35,239 nucleotides of DNA, from positions 35,116,422-35,151,660 of the forward strand of contig NC_068996.1 in the NCBI RefSeq assembly GCF_001194135.2, read 5' to 3'. Source of the stretch: Octopus bimaculoides (lineage: Eukaryota). Positions within the stretch are counted from its first letter, which is position 1; every line of letters begins with the position of its first letter. Shown piece after piece: positions 11,516 through 22,761 of the stretch. A model generated the notes under the pieces. The model was given only the letters and a program-made list of their open reading frames with translations, was not told the origin of the DNA and made no database searches. Position numbers and translations under genes: made by a program.

Positions 11516-11643
11516 TATAAACAAAATTGAATACACATACACAAGGCACATTGGAAATATATTCTCTTACACCTAAAACGCAGCCAACCCACAAACTCAC
11601 AACAATCACACCTCCTGCATGTGTGTTCAATTTTGTTTATATA
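11516..11643. mobile_element. 128-bp MITE with TATATAAACAAAATTGAA terminal inverted repeats
   Basis: Left TATATAAACAAAATTGAATACACAT and right ATGTGTGTTCAATTTTGTTTATATA; flanks GCTCAAGG (11508-11515) and CCTCAAGG (11644-11651). Confidence 0.7.
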
Positions 11644-11892
11644 CCTCAAGGTGTTTCTAATTCACATTTGAAATTTTTCTATGGCATGAAATGTTGGAAC
11701 ATGCCAGCAGATGGTTTTTGAACCATTTAGCATTCAGTCATAATTGGCGATAGAGCTTGCAGCAGACCTTGTTTGGGACATGGCATTGAAAAGTCACAAC
11801 AATGACAAAACTTTGATGTCTGTCAATCTCAAAACGGACCTGATGCGAGTTGTCTCACTTGCCTATGACTTACTTTCAGGTGTTTTTACCAC

Positions 11893-11992
11893 CAGGCACA
11901 TTGAGAATATATTCTCTTATGCCTAGAATGCAGCTGATCCATGAACTAATAACACACACATCTTGTGTATGTGTGTTCAATTTTGTATATTA
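11893..11992. mobile_element. Second, left-truncated copy of the 11516-11643 MITE
   Basis: AGGCACATTGAGAATATATTCTCTTATGCCTAGAATGCAGC...TGTGTGTTCAATTTTGTATA aligns in direct orientation with 11543-11640. Confidence 0.7.
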
Positions 11993-12002
11993 TATATATA
12001 TA

Positions 12003-13072
12003 CTAGCAATGCATCCCAGCATTGCCCAGGTGATATGACCTACAGCCACATTGTATTATATATATATATATGTATACACACACACAATTTTCAAGTTCAA
12101 GCAGGACATACACACCACAGGCAATGCATTCTGGTGTTGTCTTGGTCATTGATAACAATAGAACTATGACCAACTGGTATTGCAGTACATGTCTCTGATA
12201 AGGAAAAATTGATGTAAAATTGTACCAATCAGTGAACACGGTGTGCATCCCGACCAATGAAGGGACACGCACTTCGCAGCTTATGGAATGAATAATAGGC
12301 ATGAATATATGCTAATAATGATAAAGAACATTGCATAAGTTGAGTTAAATAAAGAGAAAAATGTTAAAGGCAAAAAAGCTCAAAAGGTTTTGGCCATTGC
12401 TTCATGTCTTTACCACACTTGAACAAATATAGGCTCTTGCTGTGCTTAATCCTTAGGGAAAATTTTATTGAATTTAAACCTGAGAACACTCATTTCGCAT
12501 ATCTGAGTCATTTGTTACCAAGAAAATCGACATGGACAAATTGTTTTCTGTAGTAATACCAAAAACATGGTTCATTAGTCAATTTTCTGTTGAAAAATAG
12601 GGCTTTGTGCAAAGAAATGGTATCACAATACTTCAAATACATTGTTTAATCATGGAATACTGAAGATGTTCACATTGGCAGTTTAGTGTGGCACAAAGGC
12701 CATTATTGACAGAAAATGTGTCAATAACTGTTCTAAAAGAGCATGTTTTTTGGTCATTTTTCACTCCTTGTACATTGCTGCATTTTTTGACACTGAAAAC
12801 ATTAAAATTGGTAATGTAGATTAGAAGCAAATCCAAATATTGCTTGAAAATGACCTCAAAATTGTGCAACCTGACCTCTTTTCCAAGGTTATTTTTTACT
12901 GAAAAAGAGTTGTTGTGCAAAAAACATACTTCATTTGGTAGCTGAAAGATTACTGAATCTCTTGATACCTCATACATCAAAATTGGCAACTCAGTTTTCA
13001 AATCCATAAGTAACATACACATTTATTCATACACAGACACACAAAAACTCTGCTTTATACATATATATGTAT
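12003..13072 (-). mobile_element. Probable non-autonomous Helitron/Helentron-type element
   Basis: Minus-strand 3' end CACCTGGGCAATGCTGGGATGCATTGCTAG|T (hairpin plus CTAG, 12003-12006) is clear. The candidate 5' end near 13072 (minus strand TACATATATATGTATAAAGCAGAG followed by TG-rich sequence) mirrors the 2202 element but is degenerate, so the extent is uncertain. Confidence 0.5.
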
Positions 13073-13831
13073 CCTAGAAACTATATTCCCTTCAAAATGG
13101 TACATTATAATGGTCACAAACCAGCAAGTCACAAAAAATTATGCTAAGTCTACAACTGAAACCATAATTCTTTAATAGAAAAAGAAAATTATGTCTTAGA
13201 TGGGTAGGATCCACGAGTTTTTGGGGGCCCTCCATAAGAATCAAGGGGGTGAAAAATAAAGTGACTGGTACTGAAAAGGTGATACAATAATCTAGAGAAC
13301 AAAGATATTAAGGTATATACCCTTAGACCCAGTCACAGTATTTACATCATAGTAGATTTTACTATAGACATCCATAGGAACAGGGGTGGTGGTGTTAAGC
13401 AGGTCGATGGATTAAATTATTCCATGAAGAGAAATGGTTCAGTTATGTTAACCATAAATATTCAAGAATTCACTTTGCTTGTGTTACTTATGAATAACAT
13501 TAGATGACAAATGACGATCAAATAATTTTGTATTTCAGTCAAAACACAGAAAATATAGGACAAATCGTTTAAAGTCTTAAAACTCCATCATGACACACAA
13601 AACTTAAATTCATTTTAAGTTTTAAAATTTAAATTTATTTCATGAAGTGCCAAAATTTTCAGTGCACAACTGTGACTTGGTCAGTGACACAGTTCTACTG
13701 GAAATTTAAATTTAAAGCGAATTTAACAACAAACTATTTTTGCTATTAAGAATGGCTCTTCCATGACAGTTTCTTCAGTTTCAAGTCTTGGAATAAGCCA
13801 CTTGATAGACAAGAACAATTCTGAAGTTTAA

Positions 13832-14043
13832 CCCTTTAGTATTCAGATTATTTTGTCAAAAGTTGATGCTTATTTATTCAGATTGTTTTGAATTTATCAT
13901 ACATTATCTTGTAGCTTTGAGATTTTGGTTGATTCGTTTTGGAATGACATTGTAGGGTAGGTGTAAGAGGCCTATCTGGTCGGTTTGAACATAGAACAGG
14001 TAAAATATTTGGGTTTGATATGGCTAGTTTGAATACTAAAGGA
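13832..14043 (+). mobile_element. TTAA-flanked piggyBac-type MITE
   Basis: TTAA|CCCTTTAGTATT...AATACTAAAGGA|TTAA; TTAA TSD and CCC-starting TIR are piggyBac hallmarks. Confidence 0.85.
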
Positions 14044-14296
14044 TTAAAGTTTTATTTTCTTTCTTTCTTTCAGTGTTAATTAAAACTCATTAAAAGACAA
14101 TTATTAATATTAACAAACTGAAACATTTCAGCACCATGTTGAAATGTTCCAATGAGGAACAAAATTTTGTTTTTCTTTTTTATTAATCAATGGAATTGTG
14201 GGAAACAATAAGCCCATAGGAATAAGCTTATGGAGAGAATAAAAACAAGGTGTTGCGAGGGATGTGCTATGTGCTGGTACCAGATTAGTCAAGTTT

Positions 14297-14640
14297 TTAC
14301 ATATCCTGTAGTCTAGCTGACCGCTGGGGCACCACTGATGACCTTGTGACCAGATCCCTCCACTCACCTCTGTTTTCAGCCTCTCGCACTGTATCTACCT
14401 CTCGCACTGTCTACTCACCTCTTGTTTTCCCACCTCTTTCTCTGTCTGCCACCTTTGACTGTTCCCTGAAGGATTGTTTTGGTTATCACTAATGAGTGGG
14501 TGATATGCCCCAACCACCTGAGGTTTGTGTTTCTTTACTGTGTTAAAAAGTTCCTCATAGAGCCCTATTGCCTGCCTTATTCTTCTTTTTACTTCCTCAT
14601 TTGTGACACAATCTCTGTATAATATTCACAAAGTCCTCTG
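14297..14640 (-). mobile_element. RTE-clade LINE 3' ORF relic
   Basis: Minus-strand blocks ILYRDCVTNEEVKRRIRQAIGLYEELFNTVKKHK, LRWLGHITHSLVITKTILQGTVKGGRQRKRWENK and AENRGEWRDLVTRSSVVPQRSARLQDM* match the RTE C-terminal motifs VTNEEV, KLRWYGHV, KTILQGTV.G.R..GRQRKRW and WR.LV. Confidence 0.85.
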
Positions 14641-14871
14641 ACCAGGGCAAGCCACCTAGTTGGAGGAAGTCAGCTGTGGTCAGGCCCAGAGAGAGATGGG
14701 CTCCATTGGGCCATATTGCCCTGGCTACACTACATGATGACAATCAAAGTTGAACCCATACTGGATTAGTTAAATATGATGTCCTAGCTACTTCACCAGA
14801 TGACACTCAGAATTCAGTTGTTAGCATGACTCAAAACTTTGTAAATTTGGATGATTTCATTGTCAAAATTG

Positions 14872-14950
14872 AGAAACCACATATTTTACCTGTTCTATGT
14901 TCAAACTGACCAGATCAGGCCTTTTACACCTACTCTACAATGTCATTCCG
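14872..14950 (-). mobile_element. Internal fragment of the same TTAA MITE family, inverted
   Basis: Reverse complement GGAATGACATTGTAGAGTAGGTGTAAAAGGCCTGATCTGGTCAGTTTGAACATAGAACAGGTAAAATAT closely matches about 13940-14010. Confidence 0.8.
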
Positions 14951-15877
14951 AAAAGAATCACATCACTTAAGAAACCACATGAATAAATCTACATGGAAAG
15001 ATGAAAAAAATCACAGATCTGTCAAACCTATGTCTTCAGGAAAACACATATGAATCTGATACAACAAATATTGAGAGAGGTGGTGCTCATGCTACCTACA
15101 ATGTTATTATTGACTGTAGGATATGAAGATTATGGAGAGAAAAGGAGGAATTATATAGATTCCATCATTAAATTCTTACTCACCAAAGAATCATTTTCAT
15201 TGGTACAAATGTCTTTAGAAGGATCAGACTGAAGAGCACTGAAAATATAAAAAAATGGAAAATAATGAAAAAAAGAAAAATTTATTATTATTTTTTTTAA
15301 TATTTTTTTTTTAAAAAGAGATTTTTAAATAAAAATGTTACTTCAATAATCTATAATTTTGGAGATTAGCAGAAGATATCTATTCTGCAAAAGAGAAAAT
15401 GTAATCAATAAAACCAATATTCAATACAGGAATTGTTCTCAAATATATTTATAAGCTTTTAGATATATGAAAAATAAAGCCAAGTCTGGTTTGATTTGAA
15501 CTTAGAATATAAAGGGACATAACTAAATATTGCACGATACGTGGGAATGTTAATTCCTACATCATTTAGTTTTTATTTAACCCTTTTATTATCACCTCTG
15601 GTTCTGTGGTACAAAACTTCATATTTTAAAGCATTCATACTGAAATTCAAAACCTTGCATTGTAATATTTATGTAAGAAGTCGTCAAGCAGTGGTGGAGG
15701 ACACACACACACACACATTAATGTTTGTTTTTATGTTTAGTAAAAAATAAAAGCAATTTTATATTACTCTGATGGGTCGCTCTATACTTCTGTAGAGTAC
15801 AATGACAATGGCTTAGATAGCCAAAACTTTGAAGTCACTGTCAACAACATTTTTCTTTCAGTGTCCATCAACCAAAG

Positions 15878-16000
15878 CTATTCAGAAGGCTCTGGTCACA
15901 CGAAGACTATAGTATAAGACACTTGCCCAAGGTGCCATGCAGTGGAACTGAACCAGAAGCCATGTGGTTGGGAAGCAAACTTACTACACAGCCACACCTG
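15878..16000 (-). mobile_element. SINE head fragment, same family
   Basis: AAGACACTTGCCCAAGGTGCCATGCAGTGGAACTGAACC...CACAGCC. Confidence 0.75.
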
Positions 16001-17012
16001 CACCTATGATATTTAACATTTTTATTACACTTTATACACCCTGATTTGTCAAGTACCATCGTCAATATTTTTATCAAGTCTTGGTGGTTAATAAAAAAAA
16101 TATCACCAGTAGTAGTTACTAGTGACAGTAACCAGCTTTGCTTTTCATCCCTCCCACCACCAGAAGGACTCATAAAACGAAGTACCAGTCAAATATGGGA
16201 GTTGATGATATAGACTAATTACCCTTTTCAAAATAATATATATATATAAATAATGGAAAGAAAGGGCCAGTAAATGGCAAAAATGATAAAGAACCAAATT
16301 AAATATTGTGTAACCTGCACAATCACTCTTAATATTCTGGGTTCAAAATCCCATGAAAGTTATTGATCTTACTTTCAATATATATACATACATACATACA
16401 TATATACATGCACACACATACATATTAATAAAATGAGTACCAGGTAAATATTGGAGTCAATGTAAAAAAGACTTCAGAAAATGTGTAAAATGATATTAAA
16501 GTAGATAAATCAAGAGCTCCTTTTTCAATGTAAAAGAGTTATCTCCCATGCAATCTACCAACCAGCATGTACTTCATTCTTCCGTCATGTCTCTCCCAAC
16601 TGTAATAAACTCACCCCTACAGGATGATACCAGCAATACACTCACCCCTATAGGGTGACGTTAGCAAAACAGCAACCTGTATTGAGTGATATTAGCAATG
16701 GCTATCACAGTGATATTTTGGGAATCTTTGTTTTGTGTTTGACAGAAATTTTTAACAGAACAATTACCAATAAACTTTATTGAGTCACAAATTTATAACA
16801 AAGAAACAGAAAGAAAAAAGAAGGGGTGTAAAGCAGCAAGATGGCGGGAGGTGGAGGGGGGCAATGGGCCACACACCCTAAAAAATGTCAGCTAACCACT
16901 TTTGTAGCGGAAAGGGAAATGTGATATAGTTGCTAATGTGATAGGGTGTGTGATGGGGCTAGAGAAAGGGAGGGGGAACCAAGCAGAGAGATGTATGCAG
17001 TAGTGATATGAT

Positions 17013-17342
17013 GAAGTAGTTGTATGCTGTCAACTTAATGTGACAGTCCCCTGAAGGGAATAATACTACTGTTGGTTAGACCTAGGAAGCTGCACTGCTT
17101 CCTGTCGGCCTTGACACATTTCCTGTGTCATTATGTTTACAAGGGGGAGCAAAAGACTCAGAAACATGTCTCTAGATGCAGGCTTAGCTGGGTGGAGGTG
17201 CTTGTCTCCCCCTTGTAAACATAAGGATACAGGAAATGTGTCAAGGCCAATAGGAAGCGGTGCAGCTTCCTAGGTCTAACCAACAGTAGTACTATTCCCT
17301 TCAGGGGACTGTCACATTAAGTTGACAGCATACAACTACTTC
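17013..17342. repeat. Long fold-back inverted repeat: two arms of about 140 bp, spacer about 49 bp; probable long-TIR MITE
   Basis: 17013-17152 (GAAGTAGTTGTATGCTGTCAAC...GTTTACAAGGGGGAGCAA) is the reverse complement of 17202-17342, with 6 substitutions and 1 indel by manual comparison. No TSD seen. Confidence 0.95.
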
Positions 17343-18267
17343 GAGGTTATAGCTGATGTTCAGTGAAGATAAGCTTTAAGAGCTGCAGTTTGAAGAGATT
17401 TTGTGTGGTACCAGGGGGTAAAGATTTCTTCTCTTTTGTTGATAATTTTTGCTGAGAAGGTAAGTTACTTTAGCTTTTATGTAATGCATAAATTGCATCT
17501 ATTTCTTTGTCTATTGTACTTGGATTACTCTTACAAAAAAAAAAAAGTCTAATAGATGAGTTTCTCACACTGAACTTTCAGTCTCCAGACAAATTTTGTA
17601 GGTGAGATAGAGCACATTCTTTTTGTATTCCCGAATGAAACAATGTGTTGTACATAATGAGCCTTGAAGGTATTCCTGGTAAGGCTGAAACATATTTTTC
17701 AGTATCCAATCAACATTAGAGACATTGGCTCTGTACACAAACTCTTTCACTAGGTACCTCTCGTCCAAAGGGCAGTTATCAGTAGATTTGAAGTAACAAA
17801 GACTTGGGACTGGGGTGAGGAGTGAGGTCAAAGGTTCTATATTTCTTATCGTGACCAAAAAATATGTGATCCAATACTATCTAAGTAACTATAACTTTCA
17901 CAGTAGTACTATTAAATATCTCATGGCATCAATGGGTTACTGGGAAACAATTATCTATCAGAATTGAGAAGTGTCAAGCTGTATTAGTAGGTATGTTCAT
18001 GTTGTACTATATGGTTTTCTACATCTGCAAGTTTTAGTGTGGGTTGGCTTCAAACAATAATATTTTCTTTCAAGTCACATCTCTTTAGTACACTGTTGCA
18101 ACATGCATCAGCTTTGTTAAATGTGTTCTTATCTGTAGATAACTTAGAAACAGAACTGTTATCATTACTAGTAATATGCTTCATAATTGAGGGAAAATGG
18201 TTGGAGCTTTTGTTTATGTAGTTGGTTTCCTCATTTAGACTGATGCATAATTATAACTGAAATAACT

Positions 18268-18465
18268 CAGTAACAATGTTGGCTAAAGACTGAGTATAAC
18301 TGAAGTGAACCAGTTGCAATTTTGGATGAAAAGTAACTAATGACTTGATACCAGCTTTGGGTAAAGATTGAGTGTGGCTGAAGTGATTCAGTTGCAATTT
18401 TGGACAAAGAGTGAGTGTTGCTGAGATGACCAAGTTGTAGATTTGGATAAAGAGTGCACAAAACC
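18268..18465. repeat. Degenerate minisatellite, five units of about 37-43 bp
   Basis: CAGTTGCAATTTTGGA at 18311 and 18389, with related units at 18268, 18352 and 18431. Confidence 0.7.
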
Positions 18466-18710
18466 ATCAAATGTGATGCAGGTTTCCAGTTGTTACAAAA
18501 CTATCAAAACATTAGTCTTTTACAACAAGTTTGAGTATGTTTGAGATTTACTGAAGTACCTATCTAATGACAAATATATAGTTTCAAAAATATTCAGTAA
18601 GATCATGTGCTCAAAACATTAGGAAAACATTCTAGACTGGTCTCTCATTACATCTGTTCAGGCATTAGTGAATCAGTTTTTTTTTTAATGAACTTGCATC
18701 AGTGTCCACC

Positions 18711-18830
18711 TGGGATGGGTGAAAATGGTTCCAACAAGTAATGCTAAAGTATCACAAACAAAAGATAAATTTGGATAGGTGAAACTGGTCCCAACAAGTA
18801 AAACTCAACATCACAAACAGAAGAAGTTGG
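18711..18830. repeat. Two-copy 60-bp tandem duplication immediately left of the mariner
   Basis: TGGGATGGGTGAAAATGGTTCCAACAAGTA... (18711) and TTGGATAGGTGAAACTGGTCCCAACAAGTA... (18771), period exactly 60. Confidence 0.8.
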
Positions 18831-19943
18831 TTGTCAAGAAAGTTCTTGCGGGATTTTTAATTTTGGCTTTAAATTATATATTTTCAAATTAATCTTTGCT
18901 AAATTATTTTGCCTTTATATATCATTTTAAAGCCTGTTTTTCACTATCTAATCATGTTACTCTTTTTCTTTTTGAATAATTAGGCCATTTTTTTAGGCTG
19001 CTGAAACAGCTCACGATATCAACGATGCGTTTGGTCCAGGAACCACTAATGAATGTACAACACAATGGTGGTTCAAGAAATTTCATAGCGGTGACAAGAG
19101 TCTTGAAGATGATAAGCGTAGTGGATGGCCATCGGATGTTAACAACGATCAACTAAGAGCCCTAGTTGAAGTTAAACTGTGCACAACTGTTCTAGAGCTT
19201 GCTTCTGAATTAGACGTAACGTATACGACAATTTCCAACCACTTGAAAGAGACTGGAAAAACAAATATACTTGAGAAATGGGTGCCACACGAATTGAATG
19301 ACAAGCAAAAAAAACGCTGTTTTGAAGTGTCGTCTTCTCTTCTTTTACGCAACAAGACCGACCTGTTTTTCGACCGGATTGTGACTTGCAATGAAAAGTG
19401 GATTCTTTATGACAATCGGCGATGCTCAGTGGCTGGACACCGACGAAGCTCCACGGCACTTCCCGAAGCCAAAGTTGCACCAAAAGAAGATCATGGTGAC
19501 TATTTTGGTGGTCTGTGGCCGGTCTCATCCATCATAGCTTTTTGGATCCAAGCGAAACCATTACGTCAGAGAAGTACAGTCATAAATGGATGAAATGCAA
19601 AAGAAACTCCGATAACACCAGCCAGCATTGGTCAATAGAAAAGGATCAATTCTTCTCCATGACAATGCTTGGTTGCACGTCGCACAACTGACCTTGCAGC
19701 AGTTGAGCGAATTGGGCTATGTAACTGCCTCATCTGCCATATTCACCAGACCTCTCACCTAACGACTACCACTTTTTCAAGCATCTCGACAACTTCCTGC
19801 GTGAGATATGCTTCAAAAACCAAGATGATGCCAAATAATCCTTCATCTCTATCAGAACACAGGATTTTTACGCTACTGGCATAAATACACTTGTTTCCTG
19901 TTGGCAAAAGTGTGTTGATTCTGATGGTGTTTATTTTGATTAA
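18827..19943 (+). mobile_element. Decayed mariner element (Hsmar1-like) with putative left TIR; right TIR not found
   Basis: TIR-like TTGGTTGTCAAGAAAGTTCTTGCGGGATTTT at about 18827-18857, followed by a near full-length transposase relic. No matching inverted copy seen downstream of 19943. Confidence 0.85.
18954..19943 (+). pseudogene. Mariner D,D34D transposase pseudogene
   Basis: AAETAHDINDAFGPGTTNECTTQWWFKKFHSGDKSLEDDKRSGWPS...WVPHELNDKQKKRCFEVSSSLLLRN...DRIVTCNEKWILYDN, then frameshifted blocks with PKPKLHQKK, ALVNRKGSILLHDNA, YSPDLSPNDYHFFKHLDNFL and WQKCVDSDGVYFD* (TAA 19941-19943). Co-linear with Hsmar1/SETMAR transposase. First catalytic D reads N (TCD to TCN); several frameshifts. 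Confidence 0.95.
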
Positions 19944-20149
19944 TAAAGTTTTGTCTGAGCTGAGATATGTGCATCTGAATTGTTTTAAAGTTTGGTATGA
20001 CTTGAGTTGAACAGCTGGAAGTATAGCTGCTACTGGCTTATACTGTATGTAGAACTTGAAAGCCCCTACAAGAGGAACTCCCTTCTTATGGCACTAGCAT
20101 CACTAAATAGTGTCAAATGTGAAAGTAAAAGTTTGGCATTAAAACTGTC

Positions 20150-20470
20150 CACATTATAAGGCTAAAAATCCAGTGGTTACTGATGGCATTGACCTTCCTG
20201 CCTGCAAACATTTTACAGTAAGTCTGTCCACTTCAAAACCTTAGACACATCTGATAATACAACTGATATTTAGCAGTTTCGTTGCTTGGTACTGCTTCTA
20301 TGACTGTTACACATCACACTATCCCAAAATGTGTATTCCTGAGGCTGGAGATTGACTATGAAAATCATAGTTCCAAAAAAACTCTAAAGTGAATATGAAC
20401 CCTGGTTTATCACTTAAACTGCATTCGTCCTCACCAATGTTTAGCACTAATCACTTCACTCAGTCTTTCC
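20150..20470 (+). mobile_element. Possible very degraded LINE (CR1/Jockey-like) endonuclease-to-RT linker
   Basis: Only broken motif echoes: DTSDN (cf. GTSDH), PWF and NHF in the expected order and spacing; many stops and frameshifts. Confidence 0.25.
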
Positions 20471-20606
20471 TTCCCAGAATGCCATCCTTCTAGGATTCCT
20501 TTCTGAACATTTCTTTCCTGCAGTTGTGCCCTTTCAACATGTTGAATGGAACATTAAGTGTAATGGAGAACCTGTGAAAACTACAGGATCTGTAACCCTT
20601 TCTACT

Positions 20607-20800
20607 AAAGGCATAAGGCATAAAATTTTGGAGAAGGGGACTAGTCAATTACACCAACCCCAGTGTACTTAATTAATCAACCCTAAAAGGATGAAAGGCA
20701 AAGTCAACCTCAGCAGAATTTGAACTCAGAATGTAGTGACAGACGAAATACCGCTAAGCATTTTGCCCAGCATGCTAACAATTCTGCCAGCTTGTCACCT
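20607..20800 (-). mobile_element. Short SINE of a third family (conserved central domain CCTTTCATCCTTTCGGGGTCGATAAATTAAGTACCAG)
   Basis: Reverse-complement homology to the copies at 22762-23950. Confidence 0.8.
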
Positions 20801-20948
20801 CAATAATAATTATAAAAGGTAGATTAGCAAGGTTGATAGTTAGCTTGACCATTTGTAAGGGAAAATGAGGGTGAAAGAGGAAATAACAGAACTCTGCTTT
20901 TCTGTGGAGGAAGGATTATGTGCATGTGTGTGTGTGTGTGTGTGTGTG

Positions 20949-20989
<41 letters not shown>

Positions 20990-22761
20990 GAGAGAGTATT
21001 TAATACAGCATCTGGGAATAAGGCACAGAAACGATATGTCAGGAGGGGAGTAGGCCTGGGTGGCAAACATATTCTGCAGCTATTTCAGAGTTTTAGGGAC
21101 CATTGTTGAAGTGGTAGCAAAAGTAGAGAGGGAGGACACAGTGTGTCTATAAGCTAGTGCTTGTTATTGTTGCTGTCTTCGTTAGTAACTGAATCAACAT
21201 GAATCAATTAAATAACTTCTTTTTTGGGGGGATACGAATATGAAGACGTGGAGAAAAAAAAAGTGAGCTTTATTATTTTAGATATAACATGGTAAATATC
21301 AACTTAATCTTTTACAAGAATGTCTGGTTGGAATATCAACTGCATGGCACAGCCCTCACCACCATCACTTCCCCTCACAACCCCTACACACACACACACA
21401 CACACAATAAGTAGCAACAGCTGTACAGTCACCAGATGTTGGTGCTAAATATGTTATTTTTACCTTCCTAAAAAGTACCTAACTCACTGCCGAACACTGC
21501 AACCAAAACAAACCCTTGCCTGACCGGCATGATTGAAACAGAATGCCATCTTAAGAAATCCTTCAAATACATGCCAGATAAATACAGAATTCATGTGCAA
21601 CTATGTTGTTTTGATTGAAAGTTACAAAGATTCCAAAAGAGAAAGCAAACAAAGAAGAAAAATATATAATAGATGTTTTAAATAGCCATATGTCAATTCA
21701 GAATTTAAATTTAAAATTTCACCAAAAATAACTTTAAAAAACTTTTGTGTTTGTAAAATGTAAAAAAGGATGTATATTCTTTGTTATTTCTCCTGTTTTT
21801 AATGATAATCCTTAAAATGGTATGGTTGAGGTGGGATTGGGGAATAAAAGCCAACAAAGGAAGCTTCTGAAGAGTCATCTAACATGTTTAATGTAGCAGC
21901 TTCAAATTCTTCCTTATCAAATTTCTTGCTTCATTTAAAATGGATGGTGATAGAGTTAGAGGAGGTGGGAGGAGAATCTTAAAGTCCTTAATGTTAGGTC
22001 AGCATGCCACAAATAAATGGTAAAGACAGAATGGAATACTAAAGGAAGAGTGAAATTCATCACAGATGATGTGAATGTGTGTGTGAGAGAGAGAGATGTA
22101 TGAGTGTGTAATGTGATGTGGTGCAAGTGGGTGAATGCGTGTGATGTGAGTGTGTATGATAGATATGTGTGGGTGAGTGTGACGCAAGTATATATGTATT
22201 TATGTGGTGTGGTGTGTGGAGTATGTGTGTTGTTTCTTTGTGGATCTTGGCTCCACTCAGTCCTACGTAACAGACCAACAATCAAAGTTATTACAATCAT
22301 GTCCATCCAGACATAATGTTAACTATGTTACATTATCAAATATATCCTTTCAATTTTTTTCAACATAGTAAGCAGTGATTTGAAGGAGATTTGGCTGCTA
22401 TTTCTAGTATGCTGAGGGACCACACAGAAGTGCCTTATTATGTACATACCTAGTTAGATTTGCACACATTTTATTGTTGGAAAAGCTGTCTGCAACATTA
22501 AATCCAATTTTCCTTTATAAATAATTCTTCTCGCACCTACTACCACTGCTGCCACCACAACTACCCCTGCCCCAATTCTTCAGTTCCTTATTACATTTCT
22601 TGAAGTTTTATGGCATTAGGGGTTGTTTAGATAGTCAACTCTGTAGAACACCACACTAAATGTTCCAATGTGTCTATCTTAGTCAGTATTGTGTTCAAAT
22701 TACATCAAAACTAACTTCACCTGTTATCTCCACCCCTGGGATTGAAAGATGTTAATATTAA

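Noticed and set aside
12633-13022. 129-aa minus-strand ORF
   Set aside because: Lies within the probable non-autonomous Helitron; no Rep or helicase motifs.
16605-16710. Degenerate repeat of about 31-33 bp (CTCACCCCTA...AGCAA)
   Set aside because: Only two clear units; ordinary minisatellite decay.
17565-17858. 97-aa minus-strand ORF with ordinary composition
   Set aside because: No recognisable motif, no convincing splice boundaries, non-ATG start; within chance expectation.
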